A DNA stretch of 62,536 bases, counting the filler, from Squatina squatina (lineage: Eukaryota), in assembly GCA_031763465.1 (NCBI GenBank). It is 4 parts of 4 records of this genome, joined end to end, with 100 filler letters (N's around TTAATTAATTAA, not from the genome) between each part and the next. Parts side by side here need not be neighbours in the genome. Positions count along the whole stretch, not along the records: positions 43,852 to 62,536 come from JARFOE010000004.1; 3 more parts are not named here. One strand, 5' to 3'. Positions 48,271-61,300 of the stretch are shown here, in pieces. Position 1 is the first letter of the stretch, and the number at the start of each line of letters is the position of its first letter. Made by a program: the position numbers and the translations under genes. Under the pieces are notes generated by a model. That model had not been told where the DNA came from. It did not search any database and was given only the letters and a program-made list of their open reading frames with translations.

Positions 48271-51200
48271 ATTCACAGTCTTCCATAAAATGTAACAAAA
48301 TAACATGGTCAGATTTATCACAAAACTGTATGTAATAAATCACCTAAATCATCTATTCTTTGGCACCACATTTTACCAAGGTCAATAAAGTCAAACTAGA
48401 CGCTTCCGTTTCTGGTTATGGTTGAAAGTATCAAATTTATTTTCAAAAGACTGCAAAATAATGTTAATTTTAGCTCTGTACATGGAGTAATAGCCAGCAT
48501 CTCTTCAGGGATCCAGCTTCAGCAAATCTCCGGTCATCATTTTCATTTGATTTTAAATAATTCCATCAACCGAAGTAACAATGCAGACAATGCAAAGCAA
48601 TAGAAAGCATGGTTATGGCCTTGCTATGTCTGTCAGAAAAAAGGCAGCTGTTGTGTTCACGTATTGTCTGTGTGTTGTCCTGGATGATTTGTATTCTTTC
48701 AGATGATCATTTGTCATAAAGCACTCAGGTGGTAAAGCAATCAACCATGACACAGTCCACAGGATAAAAAAATTGCATGATGGATAGTTCATGATGGCGG
48801 CCAGAACTCAGTAGTCGCGAACGCAAAAGAGAGCACCCTGGCTCTCAAGTGTTGACTTTAGAAATCTTTACTGATAATCACAAGGATAACACTGAGAATC
48901 AAGCTCGAGAAAATGGACTCTCTTTACTCATCCTTATGCTGTCTGGTTTGCACCTTTTGTCCTTAAAGCAATATGGAATCCCATAAAAATAATCAACCTG
49001 CAATACAACTGCATAATCAAGCAGATTGTTAGTGTCATCACAAGTTTCTATTCGATGGCCCAGTGCTCATGCTGCATAATTTATTTATACCACAAAAGTA
49101 TAAGCAAAAAGCAGCACATTCTTCCATTTTCCCTAGTGCCTGAGCATTTGATTTCACAGAGTGATGGGTTATCTTGTGATGTTGAGTGATGCAGTTACAG
49201 AATGTAGACTGTTCTTTAAAGGTTACATTGTACAATAGTTCCCAAGCTTCCATCTGATTAAAATTGCAAAGCATGTTGACAGGAAATGTAACAGCAAATC
49301 ACTTCATTATTTATTCCCAATTTCATTTTTGTAAAGTATATTTACTTAAGTAGCAACCAAAGTTCTTCCAATAGCTTAGTGAATAAATGCACCACCTAAT
49401 GTTGTACTGAGTCATAGGCACTGATTTTACAACTTCTGCTGGGTAGGAACAGAGTGGCAGTGCTCCTAAGATCATGGGGTTGAACTCTCANNNNNNNNNN
49501 NNNNNNNNNNNNNNNNNNNNNNNNNNNNNNNNNNNNNNNNNNNNNNNNNNNNNNNNNNNNNNNNNNNNNNNNNNNNNNNNNNNNNNNNNNAAATGGGTGG
49601 ATCAGCTATGCACCCCCAAAATATAATTAAATCAAAATATTTGGTTCTAAAGGAGCAGTAGCAGTGAGAAACTCAGAAATTTCATTTCATAGATTCAGGG
49701 TTGAAAATAACAGTAGTTTTTATAAATGCAAGGCTTTGTTGGGCACCAGATGCTCTCAGCCCGGGATATCATCCAATATTTGGCTAGGTATAGCTAAACA
49801 GTTGTTTGAGAGCTCCCAAGTGAAGCGGAAAAATGGCGAGATTAGAAAATATTGAAATGATCCAAAAAGACTGAATAATAAATCAAAAGCAAGGGAACCT
49901 ATAGCTGAAATTGATAATGTTGGATTTGTTTAGTANNNNNNNNNNTTATGCCAATGTTAGTTTGGTGGGCAATATGGAGGGATGGACTGCTGGAGACTCC
50001 CTAGGGCTGGTGAAAATCAGAGACAACCCGGGAAGACCGATCGTGAAGATTAGATGGGGAGACATGGGGATGGAACGAAAGTGGGATAGGGAAGAAGCTG
50101 ATGCCTCAGCATTGCAACAGATGGGGTAAACACCTGGACAGGGGAATGTAGATGCTCAGGGAGAAGATACTAGACTGCAACAGAAGGAAGCCATGGGTCA
50201 ATCCTCGAGAGATGTGGGTCTGAAATAGCAGCAGGATAGGAGTTCAGTGGGGAAGTTGCAGAGGGCAGATCGAGAGAGAAGCCGGCGTGATGCTGTGGAT
50301 TACGAAGTCGGATTTGGGCATTATGAAATGCATAAACCAGGGAGAGGAAGGGGGAAGTGACAGGATGGGGCAAAGCAGGGCATATATACAGGCAGAGGAG
50401 CTCTGATCCAGCATAGCAGCATGCCAAGTGGCCAAGGAATTACCAGTTGCAATATTGACAATATTTACAGTTAGTGAGTATGGGGGAAAGTCACAAGTAT
50501 TTTTGTCAGCGTTATTGCTTTGTTTTGTAACGGATATTGGATTCAAAGCCATCATGAGGGTTTTGAATCATGGTATACCTAGGATTGAGATCCAGGGCTA
50601 ATTTGGTGGCCGAAGCCAGAGTCAACCTGCAGAGCCCGAGTACAGTGGAACTGACGTTTCACAACGCAAGTACAAGCACTGAAAAAAATTGACAGCTCTT
50701 AGGCTAGAAAATGTTGTCCGGTGTTGTAGGTGCACGTTTGAGTTACACATTCAGGTTGAATGTCTATTAAAGTCTACACTGGTTGTGGCCTTGTACTACA
50801 GTTTCTGGGTTGGCCTTATTTGTGCTGGATCCTCGACCCGATCCAAGTAAGTCCATTGGTGTAAAAGAAGCGGGGCCCAGTGCAGCGATTGCTTACATCG
50901 AAAGTTCCTGCTTTCCCTGTCCTCAGAGAGACTACCTAGGGGTCAAGGCAGGGAGCATACTCTTAACCCCCAAAACAAGGGTATATGAATTTTTAAAAAA
51001 TATTTCCCAATGCAGCTCCCTTACAAAGACAGCTACTAGAAGCACCCCTGTCTCTGACACCCTAATGGCCTGTGCACCCATCATTGCCATGGTAATAAAG
51101 GAACTTCCCCCAGAAGTGGAAATTCTGCTGGGGTCAATGATGGAGCATCGCGACNNNNNNNNNNNNNNNNNNNNNNNNNNNNNNNNNNNNNNNNNNNNNN

Positions 51201-52189
51201 NNNNNNNNNNNNNNNNNNNNNNNNNNNNNNNNNNNNNNNNNNNNNNNNNNNNNNTGAAAATGGTTGTAGGAATCAGAAAAGCAGATGAAGAAGATGTTCA
51301 GTTTTTATCATCTGCGATTCATAGAAATGAGGGTATCACAGCAGGAAGTGAGAAGCCTTATGGTGGTGTCAGCTGTGAAGCTGTCTGTTCGTAAAGTCAT
51401 CCATCTCGCTACAGCAATAGTGCGTGACATTAGATGCCATGCTGTGAAGCAGTGAAAAAACACACAGCATTTCACTTCATAGTGGAAACAACCACCGCAG
51501 CATATGCTTATACATGTGGATTATACCGGGGGTGTATAGTAGTGCATTCCTGAATGGCTTCTTTTCCATTTTTAAAGAAGTATTTTCATTACTGAATTCC
51601 TGTTCACATCACACTTAAAGCCCAAAGCCAAAACATTCAGCAAGATCAATATAGTAGAAACAGTTTAAATGCAGAATATTTGAAAGGCAAATATGCTTTA
51701 TACCATCAGTACAGGGACAGAAACTTTATAACAAATTTATTATCCTATGAATAGCAATGCAATTGGAACTTCGCTGCCTTACTGTAACAGTCTCTTTGAA
51801 ATCCAGCTTCTGACAGGCCCTAATTTTGATCTCAAAAACAAGCTCACACAATGGAGCACAAAACACAATTCTCCATTACAGAACCCGAAAAATATGTTTA
51901 ACACTTAACAAAAGGATATTAAAATCCAGATTCTAAACACAACGGTAAATAAGAAATGGCTGTATAAGCAAATGACTGCACTCATTAGGATGACCTCCTA
52001 GGAGTGGGCATGGAGGAATTAAAAGATGCTGCAATGGGGGAAGGGCATATACGCAATTGTGTGCTACTGTATTATGTCAGTATTTTTCATTCATTCAACA
52101 CATTCTTTCGAAGCATTTTCACAGGAAGCCAAAGAGCCATTTATTTTATGTGTTTAGAGTTGAGCTCCTATACATTACACAAGCACCAT

Positions 52190-52500
52190 AGACTATTACA
52201 GCACAGAAAAAAGTAATTCAGCCCATCAGATCTGCGCTGATCTTTTGCTCAAGAACCATCTAGTCAAATTCCACTAATTTGCTCCCCATATCCTTCAATA
52301 TTCCTCTTTTTCAAGCAACTGTCTAATTCCATTTTAAAAGAATTTATGGGTTCTGCTCCAATTATGATTTGTGCCAGAATATTCCAGATTCTAACCATCC
52401 TCTGTGTCAAGATTATTTTTTCAAGCCTTCCCTTTAATTCTTTCGGTTCTTATCCTGAATCTGTGCTATTTCATTACTGTCTTGCTGACTAGTTGAAACA
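52190..52500 (-). mobile_element. Old CR1 3' fragment
   Basis: ATTCCAGATTCTAACCATCCTCTGTGT..ATTCAGCCCATC is antisense to the CR1 C-terminus and tail. Confidence 0.6.
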
Positions 52501-54789
52501 ATCACGATTTACATTATCGATCAGGTCACCATTTGAGGCCAATAAAATTGAGGCCAGAACTGGGCAACTTTTTTCCTGAGTGCTCAAATCGTGGCCTCCT
52601 GAGAATTTTTAGGTTTTGGGAAGCTCACATATCTATTTTGAATACATTAAAAGGCTTGAATCTGCACACGTCTTGTTGTATAACTCTGCTGTACTTTTAC
52701 CATCAAATTTTGTTGATCAGCTCAAAGCAGAACAGTACAACAGTAAATCAAAACTAGAGGTAGGGAACGCACAGATCAAAAGTGAGGAAAGTTGCTAGAC
52801 GGCTATTAATGAAAAACTACTTTGAATTGTCAAAAGGATCTAGTAATAAAAGAATGGAGAAGATGAACCAATCGAATCACTCAAAATGTACATGAAAGAA
52901 TTTTCATCTTGCATTTTTTCCTCAGTATTTGAAATTTAATGACCAGAATAAGATTACAGAAAAATAATAGTCAAAATATTGCACCTTTCACAAGGGTATG
53001 TTTAGAATTACCCAATTTGAATTGTCTTTTAACACCTTTTAATGTTTTACTTCAAGATCTCAGTCTCTCTCAAAAGTCTGGACTTTTACCACAGAAATGT
53101 TGCACATTTTCCAACCACGTCTGTGCATTCTGAGCATGTACCATTTCTAGAATTTCCCAGGATGCATTAGTAGGCTCCTAGGTTGAACAGAAGGATGAGT
53201 TCTGGTGTCCCGTGAGGATTTGAGAGTTTCTTTGCTTGTTCCAAAAGACTTCTAAATAAACTGGAAACTAAATACTCAAAGATTATTTCAGGTACTTCTC
53301 ATGTGCTCAGTCAGACATGTGATCAGCAGCTGTTGTAGTTTCTGTGTCTTCTTGATTATATGAAAATTGATTTATTTTTCCTAAATTGAATAGTTACATT
53401 TTCAGTTTAAAAAGTTATTCTTCTCTGAATGATTTTTGGAACTAAAGGGAAATGTTTAAATTAATATGTGGGCAAGTGTGTAAACAATTAACTTTTAAGT
53501 GCTTTACGAGGTAATTTTGTTTTTTATGATAATTTGTTTATTAAAGACTATGTAAGTTGCCAAAAACACATTCACAGGGATGAAGTGCTTTAAAACAGAA
53601 CATAAAGACATAAAACAGGTTGCTTGCCTACCCTCTCAGCACAGGAACTGTGTGTGGTCTGGGAAGGCCTGAAAGTGGCGGAAAAATAAAAAATAAATAT
53701 TATTGTAAGACAGCACCAGCACATCTGTGTTTCATGANNNNNNNNNNNNNNNNNNNNNNNNNNNNNNNNNNNNNNNNNNNNNNNNNNNNNNNNNNNNNNN
53801 NNNNNNNNNNNNNNNNNNNNNNNNNNNNNNNNNNNNNACTGCTTCCACTGCCAAACTTTGAGCGCAACTGGTTCTAATAATGAATGCAGAGTCACAGTAC
53901 TGCCACTGCCAGCAACCAAGTGCCAACTGCATCTGGCAACAGCGCTGCCACTACCATCATCTAGGTGTCAAATGTATCTGGTGACAGTGCTCCTACTGCC
54001 AAATGCAGTGATGATGTTGCCGCTGCCAACAAACATGCTAAGTGTATTGTTTGGTCCTGCTTCCATGGTGCAATGCAGTGTGCCAGCTGCTTCTATTTGC
54101 TATGTGCAGAGTGCCAACTGCATCTGGTGGCACTGCTTTAAATGCTATTGTGGACTGACAGTGTGACCATGGCTATCAACCAATTGCCAACTTCACCTGG
54201 CAGCACTGCATCCATTGGCAAACATAGAATGCCAACTAGTGACGCAGCCATTAACCAAATGCTGCTGCATCTGGAAACCAGCAAAAAACTGTAAAAATGA
54301 CTCCAGAAGCAATAATAGACATACGTAATGCACAAGAGCAGCAGATTTTTGGAAGTACAGACATGATTCAGCATGTGCAGATGGAAACATGGCAACATTA
54401 TAAGAATGAAATGCGGCGATATTTTCTGTGACAGAGTTTCTTTTTCAAAATCTTAATTGCACCTCAGCAGTGCAAGAGAAAAATATTACGACACCTGGAG
54501 ATTATACTCTCCATATTGAAGTCAATGGAAAAACCGGGGAGATGCAACAGAACATAACANNNNNNNNNNNNNNNNNNNNNNNNNNNNNNNNNNNNNNNNN
54601 NNNNNNNNNNNNNNNNNNNNNNNNNNNNNNNNNNNNNNNNNNNNNNNNNNNNNNNNNNNTTCTTCAGGTAAGTGATTCTCAGTTTGATCATTCCTGACAT
54701 CTGTGACCAATTTCAGGACCTCATTCCCTGGTGCAGGCATCTGCAGCTTCTTTTCCTCACAATACACATCTCAGCCAGTTGAGCACCAC

Positions 54790-55600
54790 TGATATTTGAA
54801 TATACCCCTCTTGTCAAACAGCAGATTGTACAATATGCAGCAGATTCTCTTTCATTTTTAAGAAAGGTTTTACCAGATCTATTCAGGGCAGCTCCTTTAT
54901 TTAAGTATTCCAAGGGTGCATTCCACAACTGATTGCATCCTGTAGACTTGATGAAACACCTCTGAGAGAATCATGAGGATTCTGGACTGCTGTCGCTAGC
55001 CATATTTTGAGTTCCCCGAGAGGCATCAGGTAAAAGGTTTTCTTTTTTGAACAAGCCGGGTACACAGAAACTTTGAAGAATTAATTAAATACATATTGAT
55101 CCAGGATATTTTTCTGTGGATCGTACAACACTTGCATATAGAGGAAAGGGAAGACCTTCCTGTTCATTAAGACCAAGGAATTTATACAAGGTGTCTGTAT
55201 CCAATTGATCACATGTCCCATGACAAAATGCACTTGAGGAAATTCTGCAAAAAGATTATGCTGCTATGCTAACTGTTGCATTTCCTACTGTGAAAAGTGA
55301 ATGAAGCATGAAGAACGTACTAGAAAGCATTAATCACCTCCTGTTAATGCTGTGACATTGTGCTCTACGCAATGCAAATGTAAACTCCTCCTGGGGTTTG
55401 CAAACATCCTGTGGCAAAGAAAATGTAAGGCAGCTGTAACTTTAACTGCCAAAAGTATGGTTGAATGAAAAAGTGTCCGGACCTGCAGCAAAATAATTCA
55501 CACTGATGATCTCCTTGCTCAATCTAACCTGCTCTAGACGGTCAAACAGGATAAATAATTATTGGACTGCACGTCCTTCCACCTGGAAAGATAGCTTTCT
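54790..55600 (-). mobile_element. Highly decayed PIF/Harbinger transposase
   Basis: Colinear minus-strand motifs RLSKE, LAVKVTAALHF/FATG (~55400-55452), AEFPQV, MNRKVF..MQV (~55150), KYPGS (~55100), WLATAVQNP (~54990), VVECTLGILK (~54915) and LNRSG. Confidence 0.75.
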
Positions 55601-56784
55601 TCAGTATCCTTGGATGAATAGAATTCTAGCGGTTATTATTGTTACATAGTAAAGTAGAAACTACTACCGTGTATTCCGTGATTATCCATTAAGTCATTAG
55701 AATTTTTATTTAACGGTTCATTAACAGAGCAGCTACTGGTCTGAGAGGAGTAGCTGTAGTTCACGTTCAGTCAGGCGGGAGCTCTTAGGATATATGAATG
55801 TGCAAAGGTCTCTCTCAGCAATTTGAAATTTAAATGTTTAGAGAGAATCCCTGCTCTCAAAACATATAAATTTAGGCAAGATATGTTAAGAAGTGCCCAG
55901 CAGGCCTGTTAGACCCCAAGCACTTTAGAATCAAGATTTGACACTACACTGGATTTAACACTCCATGTGGTATCGAACTAAAATGTAATGAGACTGGGCC
56001 CTCCAGGGACTCTGACTCNNNNNNNNNNNNNNNNNNNNNNNNNNNNNNNNNNNNNNNNNNNNNNNNNNNNNNNNNNNNNNNNNNNNNNNNNNNNNNNNNN
56101 NNNNNNNNNNNNNNNNNNTGTGAAGGATTTAATTTTCTCCATAACTGACAGCTGAACGCCCCAGTGAAGGACACAAGGCTGCGGGTCACACTTGGATCAG
56201 GGATGTAGATTTTAATTGCTGACAGTAATAGTTTTAGTCTGCCTGATGTTAGAGAGAATATGGAGTACTTCTCGAGTCAAGCAGAGTGTGAGTCATTTTT
56301 TGATTACACACCTCTTGTTGGAGAGTTTCACTGGAAATGATTTATTGAGATGGTTATGTTTGTAACAAAAAAAAGTAGCTTTGTAATTAATATAATTGAA
56401 AAATACATTTAGGTGATGAAATTGTAGATCATTAACAAATGCGTAAATCTTTTGGAAATTCAGTGTAGAAACGTAGTGTAGAAATTGTGGAACCAGTCCA
56501 GCAAAATTAGCTCAGGCAAATTAAACAAAAGCAGTTTTTTATGCAATTGTGTGTGGGCATGGATTCCCTATGGTCGATACTTAATTTTCAAGCCAATTGT
56601 TTTGGGGGATTTTGGCTATCTTTAACTCACTTCAGAATTTTCTTCAATCTTTAGCGTAAAATAACAAACCTTGAAAGTTGTTAACTGGAAAGTTGCCTGC
56701 CGACTTAATTCCTAGAGCCATCAACAAATGTAGGAGACATATTCTTAAAGCTCTTCATTTTAATAGCAACAATGTGTTACAGCA

Positions 56785-57015
56785 CAGGGGGCAAGAAATT
56801 CATTCGCACACCTTTGGGGTGCTTACGGGGCGGGAACCAGTATTTCTCGCGCTGGCTCCCGCCCTACCCACCGAATTTGTCGTTCTAGGGCAGGAGCAAG
56901 CCGCAAGCAGTGTCGGCCTCGCTCCCGGGCAGAACTGGGGCGGTCGGCCCGGAAATTCGCTGGCATGGCCTCAGCACCACGTCAGCAACGTCAGCTGTGC
57001 CACGTCAGCATACGG
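56785..57015. mobile_element. CpG-rich probable non-autonomous DNA transposon end
   Basis: Abrupt GC/CpG-rich block starting GGGGCAAGAAATTC and ending at a gap. Family not determined. Confidence 0.4.
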
Positions 57016-58244
57016 NNNNNNNNNNNNNNNNNNNNNNNNNNNNNNNNNNNNNNNNNNNNNNNNNNNNNNNNNNNNNNNNNNNNNNNNNNNNNNNNNNNNN
57101 NNNNNNNNNNNNNNNACAAGAAAAAGCAAAGGAGCTGTGAAAATGAATCATTACACTCATTGGTGATGACATCAAGCAGGGCAAGGTTTCTATCCCTTTT
57201 TGATAACCTCTGTGTTGATCAAGATGAAGAATGTTAGCGTTGAAGAACAGAACACTTTTTTTTTAAACGCACTGTCAGCAACAAGCACTTCCATTTCATG
57301 TATAACATGGTTTAAGCATAAACCTCTACTTTCAGGAGAACACAGCCATTCTCATTACAATCCAGTCCTCCATGTGGTCTCTGAATGAGATTGGGTAAGC
57401 TGTTGCCAAATTGGACAGTTTTACATTCACACCCACGAAGCTTTGGGTTGATACTGTATAAACTCATTTTCTAGACAAATCTCTGAAGCGGATTCAAACT
57501 AAGGACCAGAGGTGAAAGGATAATATTCTAATGCATTCACCATCCAGTTCTCTTCAGGATATAGATTCTCTGTTTTTATTAGAATATAAGCACTTAGGTT
57601 AAAAAAGCCTCTGTTAACTCTGAGCTCAAATACTATCCAATCTAAACACTGCAATATCTAGCAATAGTCAGCATGGTTACTACTTTTGTTTTTGATTTTA
57701 TATCACAATACTTGTTTATTTTACATTTTTAAAACTATTCTGCAGTTCAATCCAAAAAAGTATTTTTTTTTTACTGTTTATGTTGTTCAATTGTTTTCAA
57801 TATTCACATTGTTAAACCCTCTCAATTTGTTGCAAACTTTCATTTTCAGTAAGAGGCTGCCTTTTTGAACCGTTTCGATTTCAAGGTTAGTATATTCAGT
57901 ATTGCATGTTACTGCTTTTTGTATCTGTTCAATTTTCTTCAGTAAACACACACAAAGGAGCGAGCACTGCTGCTTCACTTACAACGTGGGAGACATTCCT
58001 GTCTGCATAATGGAACACTCCATTAGATTCACAGTCACAGGGACACAAACATAACCCAGTATTTCCCACATAAGCAAATGAGTCAACTATTAAATGAAAC
58101 AAGAATTCTCACTAAGTACCAACATATAACTAAAATGAACTGCTACATATAGTGAGTGTAATTTACTGTGCAGAGTAGGCAATAAGTAACAAAATATAGA
58201 TATTACGATTTCCCTTACACAATGAAATTGCTGTAAAATATTTT

Positions 58245-58320
58245 TCATTCATTCCTGGGATGTGGGTGTCGCTGGCAAGGCCAGCATTTATTGCCCATCC
58301 CTAGTTGCCCTTGAGTAGTT
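58245..58320 (-). mobile_element. LINE 3' tail (family of 10050-10737)
   Basis: TTCATTCATTCCTGGGATGTGGGTGTCGCTGGCAAGGCCAGCATTTATTGCCCATCCCTAGTTGCCCTTGAG. Confidence 0.85.
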
Positions 58321-61300
58321 GTCCTTGAGAAATGACATGTATCTTATTATACAAGTCTACGACCAACCTTTGAGAATTTGTTTTATATCTCTATAGGAAA
58401 GATTCCTTAGGTATTGCTTTAATGTCTGCTTTCAAGTTAATCACAGTCTACATCAGCGACTGGGGCTATGTCCATATCTCTTCTCATTGGCTTAATCATG
58501 TGCAAATTATAATTTTGTTAAAATCCCTTAAAATACTACAATTGTGGAAAAAAACAACCAAAGATGCAATAATGTTACAAAAATTCTAAAGTCCTACAGG
58601 AATGTTATGTTATTTAAGAACATTGGTGTTCCAACACACTAAGTGANNNNNNNNNNNNNNNNNNNNNNNNNNNNNNNNNNNNNNNNNNNNNNNNNNNNNN
58701 NNNNNNNNNNNNNNNNNNNNNNNNNNNNNNNNNNNNNNNNNNNNNNGAATCCACGAATTCATGGATACATGGGTGTGGTTTGCAACTTCATGTTCTTTGA
58801 TGTCATCAAACCACCTGAGCCAGATTAATGCCGTGCAATCACTCCCATTATTCATTAATCTCTCGATAATGTAATGGTAATTGGCCTGTGGTAACGGCAC
58901 TGCAACTGTTAATCCTTCAGTGAAACCATCATCAACAACAGCAGACAGGCCGTCAGCATCTGCAATCAAAGCTGCTGATGGTGCAAAAATAGATCCCAAA
59001 ACAATCCCAGAAAGCTTACAGTGGACATCATTTAAAAANNNNNNNNNNTTCAAGGCAGTAATCTAACAACCGATTTTATGGGACCATTGTAAAGTGCTTG
59101 TGATTTGCTCTCTGTTTCAGATGTTATCCCTTCATAACAGCAGACTCGCAATCATCACTGCGTATCCCTAAATTTTAATTTAGCGAATGATTATGCTTTA
59201 CTATACGATACTACTATTCCTGAACACTAAGCCAATCTAATTCTCAATCTAAGAAAAACAGATGTCAGACTAAAAATGCAATGCACATGGGATCAAGTAG
59301 AATAGTTTTGCAGCTTTCACAGGGGAGATCACGGGTGGGGGACACATCTTTAATATTTTATAAGGGGAATAAAATAACAATCAATAAATAGTGAACCAAT
59401 TTTATGTGACAACGAGTGGATACAGAATATTTACACATTAAAAGACCAGTATGTAAACATAAAACAGTGGAGGTATGATCTGATCTACTTAGTGACTGCA
59501 GATTACTGTGTCGAGGCTTGACGTGTTGCACTATTTATGCCAAAACTGCACTTGTAGAAATCAATACCTGTTCTTGAGGTTCAGTACATGAAATGCAGCA
59601 TTTTCTGGCGGCAAAGCTGGGAAAGAATGACTGCTCACAGTACTTCTTGGTTAAAGGGCTACATGGACACTTGTACTGCTAAGGAGAGGGGTTATATTTT
59701 GAAAACAAAATGTCGGATTTCTGGTTNNNNNNNNNNNNNNNNNNNNNNNNNNNNNNNNNNNNNNNNNNNNNNNNNNNNNNNNNNNNNNNNNNNNNNNNNN
59801 NNNNNNNNNNNNNNNNNNNNNNNNNNGGGAGGTTTTACTGCATTAATGGCACTTTATGAATACAAGTTGTTGTTATTATAGGAATCAGAGGGAAAGATTA
59901 AAAATTACTACCATTTCACAGATCTAAAAAATCTGTACCACCAGATTTAGGGGCGGGGAATTGGCAACAGGCTTCCTTGCATCACCACAGTTAGAACAGC
60001 AGAGGAAAACAAGACCTTCCTCAATGCATGTCTGGCTCCCTCATTTATCCTGCGTATCATGTACAGTTGCATTTTCCGCATTTCCGTCACAGTCTGCACT
60101 CTCCTCCGAAACTTGCAACATCCATGTCCCATCTAACCCCAATCTGGGGCCTTGTTATTAGCCTTGGAATAATTTAATACATTGTAAAATCTGCACACAT
60201 AAATCAGTACGACACCTCCTATTATAATGCCCCTGAATTTAAATCAACAAAAGCAATATTAAAAGTAGTAACCCATAGGGAAGAAGTCATTTTATCAATT
60301 TCCAGCATTATGAGCTGGTTAATGATGTGAATGAGCTGGAACCCTCTTGTGAAATAAAGTTATGTGCACCTGTATATACGTAACTGGAAGAGGTAACTGA
60401 ATAAAAACTTATGTTTGATATCACTGAGGTAGGTCAACGTTAGGAATAATCACATGCTAATATATGCAAAATGGCCATTTTCAACGTGGACAAGGTGGGA
60501 CTGTTAAGCAGATGGAAGGAATGTTTATATGTGGAAAAACCTTGCTGAAACTTTATCTTACACTTGCACTGGAAAAAGGATAATAGGTAAACTTTACCAA
60601 CACATATTTTGGATTTTTCCCTGACATTTTCCTTTTTAAATAACATACAATGTTATGATGAATCCTGCCAAAGACGACAGCCATTTATACAACAGGGCAG
60701 CCACAAAACACCTGAACAATTAGAAGAAAGAGTGGAATCTTTGCTTTAAACTTCTATGCATGAATGAGACAATCCAAATTAGAAATGATCCAAATTTGAT
60801 TAAATTCAAGTAATTGCAAATTAATTTTAAATTTCATTTCAGTTTTGTTGCCTACATACCAGTGTGGTGTGAAAAACTGGGTAAAGTTCTTTTAAAAATT
60901 TCAGTGTTGCTTGCTAGCTTTTTTAAACTTTGCCTTTGCGAAGAAATTTAAAATGCGTCTTACTATTGACTCATATCGACTGCCTTTACATCTAAATAAT
61001 ACATGAAAGGGAATTGTAAACACACTCAAAAGCTCAGTCATTAGAAGTGGTGCTGGCCCATTTTAAAAAAGTGTTTTGAATGGTTTCCAATTTCTACCAG
61101 ACCCTTTGGGAGCAGGATAACTACATGCAAGTTANNNNNNNNNNNNNNNNNNNNNNNNNNNNNNNNNNNNNNNNNNNNNNNNNNNNNNNNNNNNNNNNNN
61201 NNNNNNNNNNNNNNNNNNNNNNNNNNNNNNNNNNCCAGGTCAGATTTACGATGAATTTGACAGGTAGTTAAGCAGGACATCTATATTGCAGTTTTATGAT

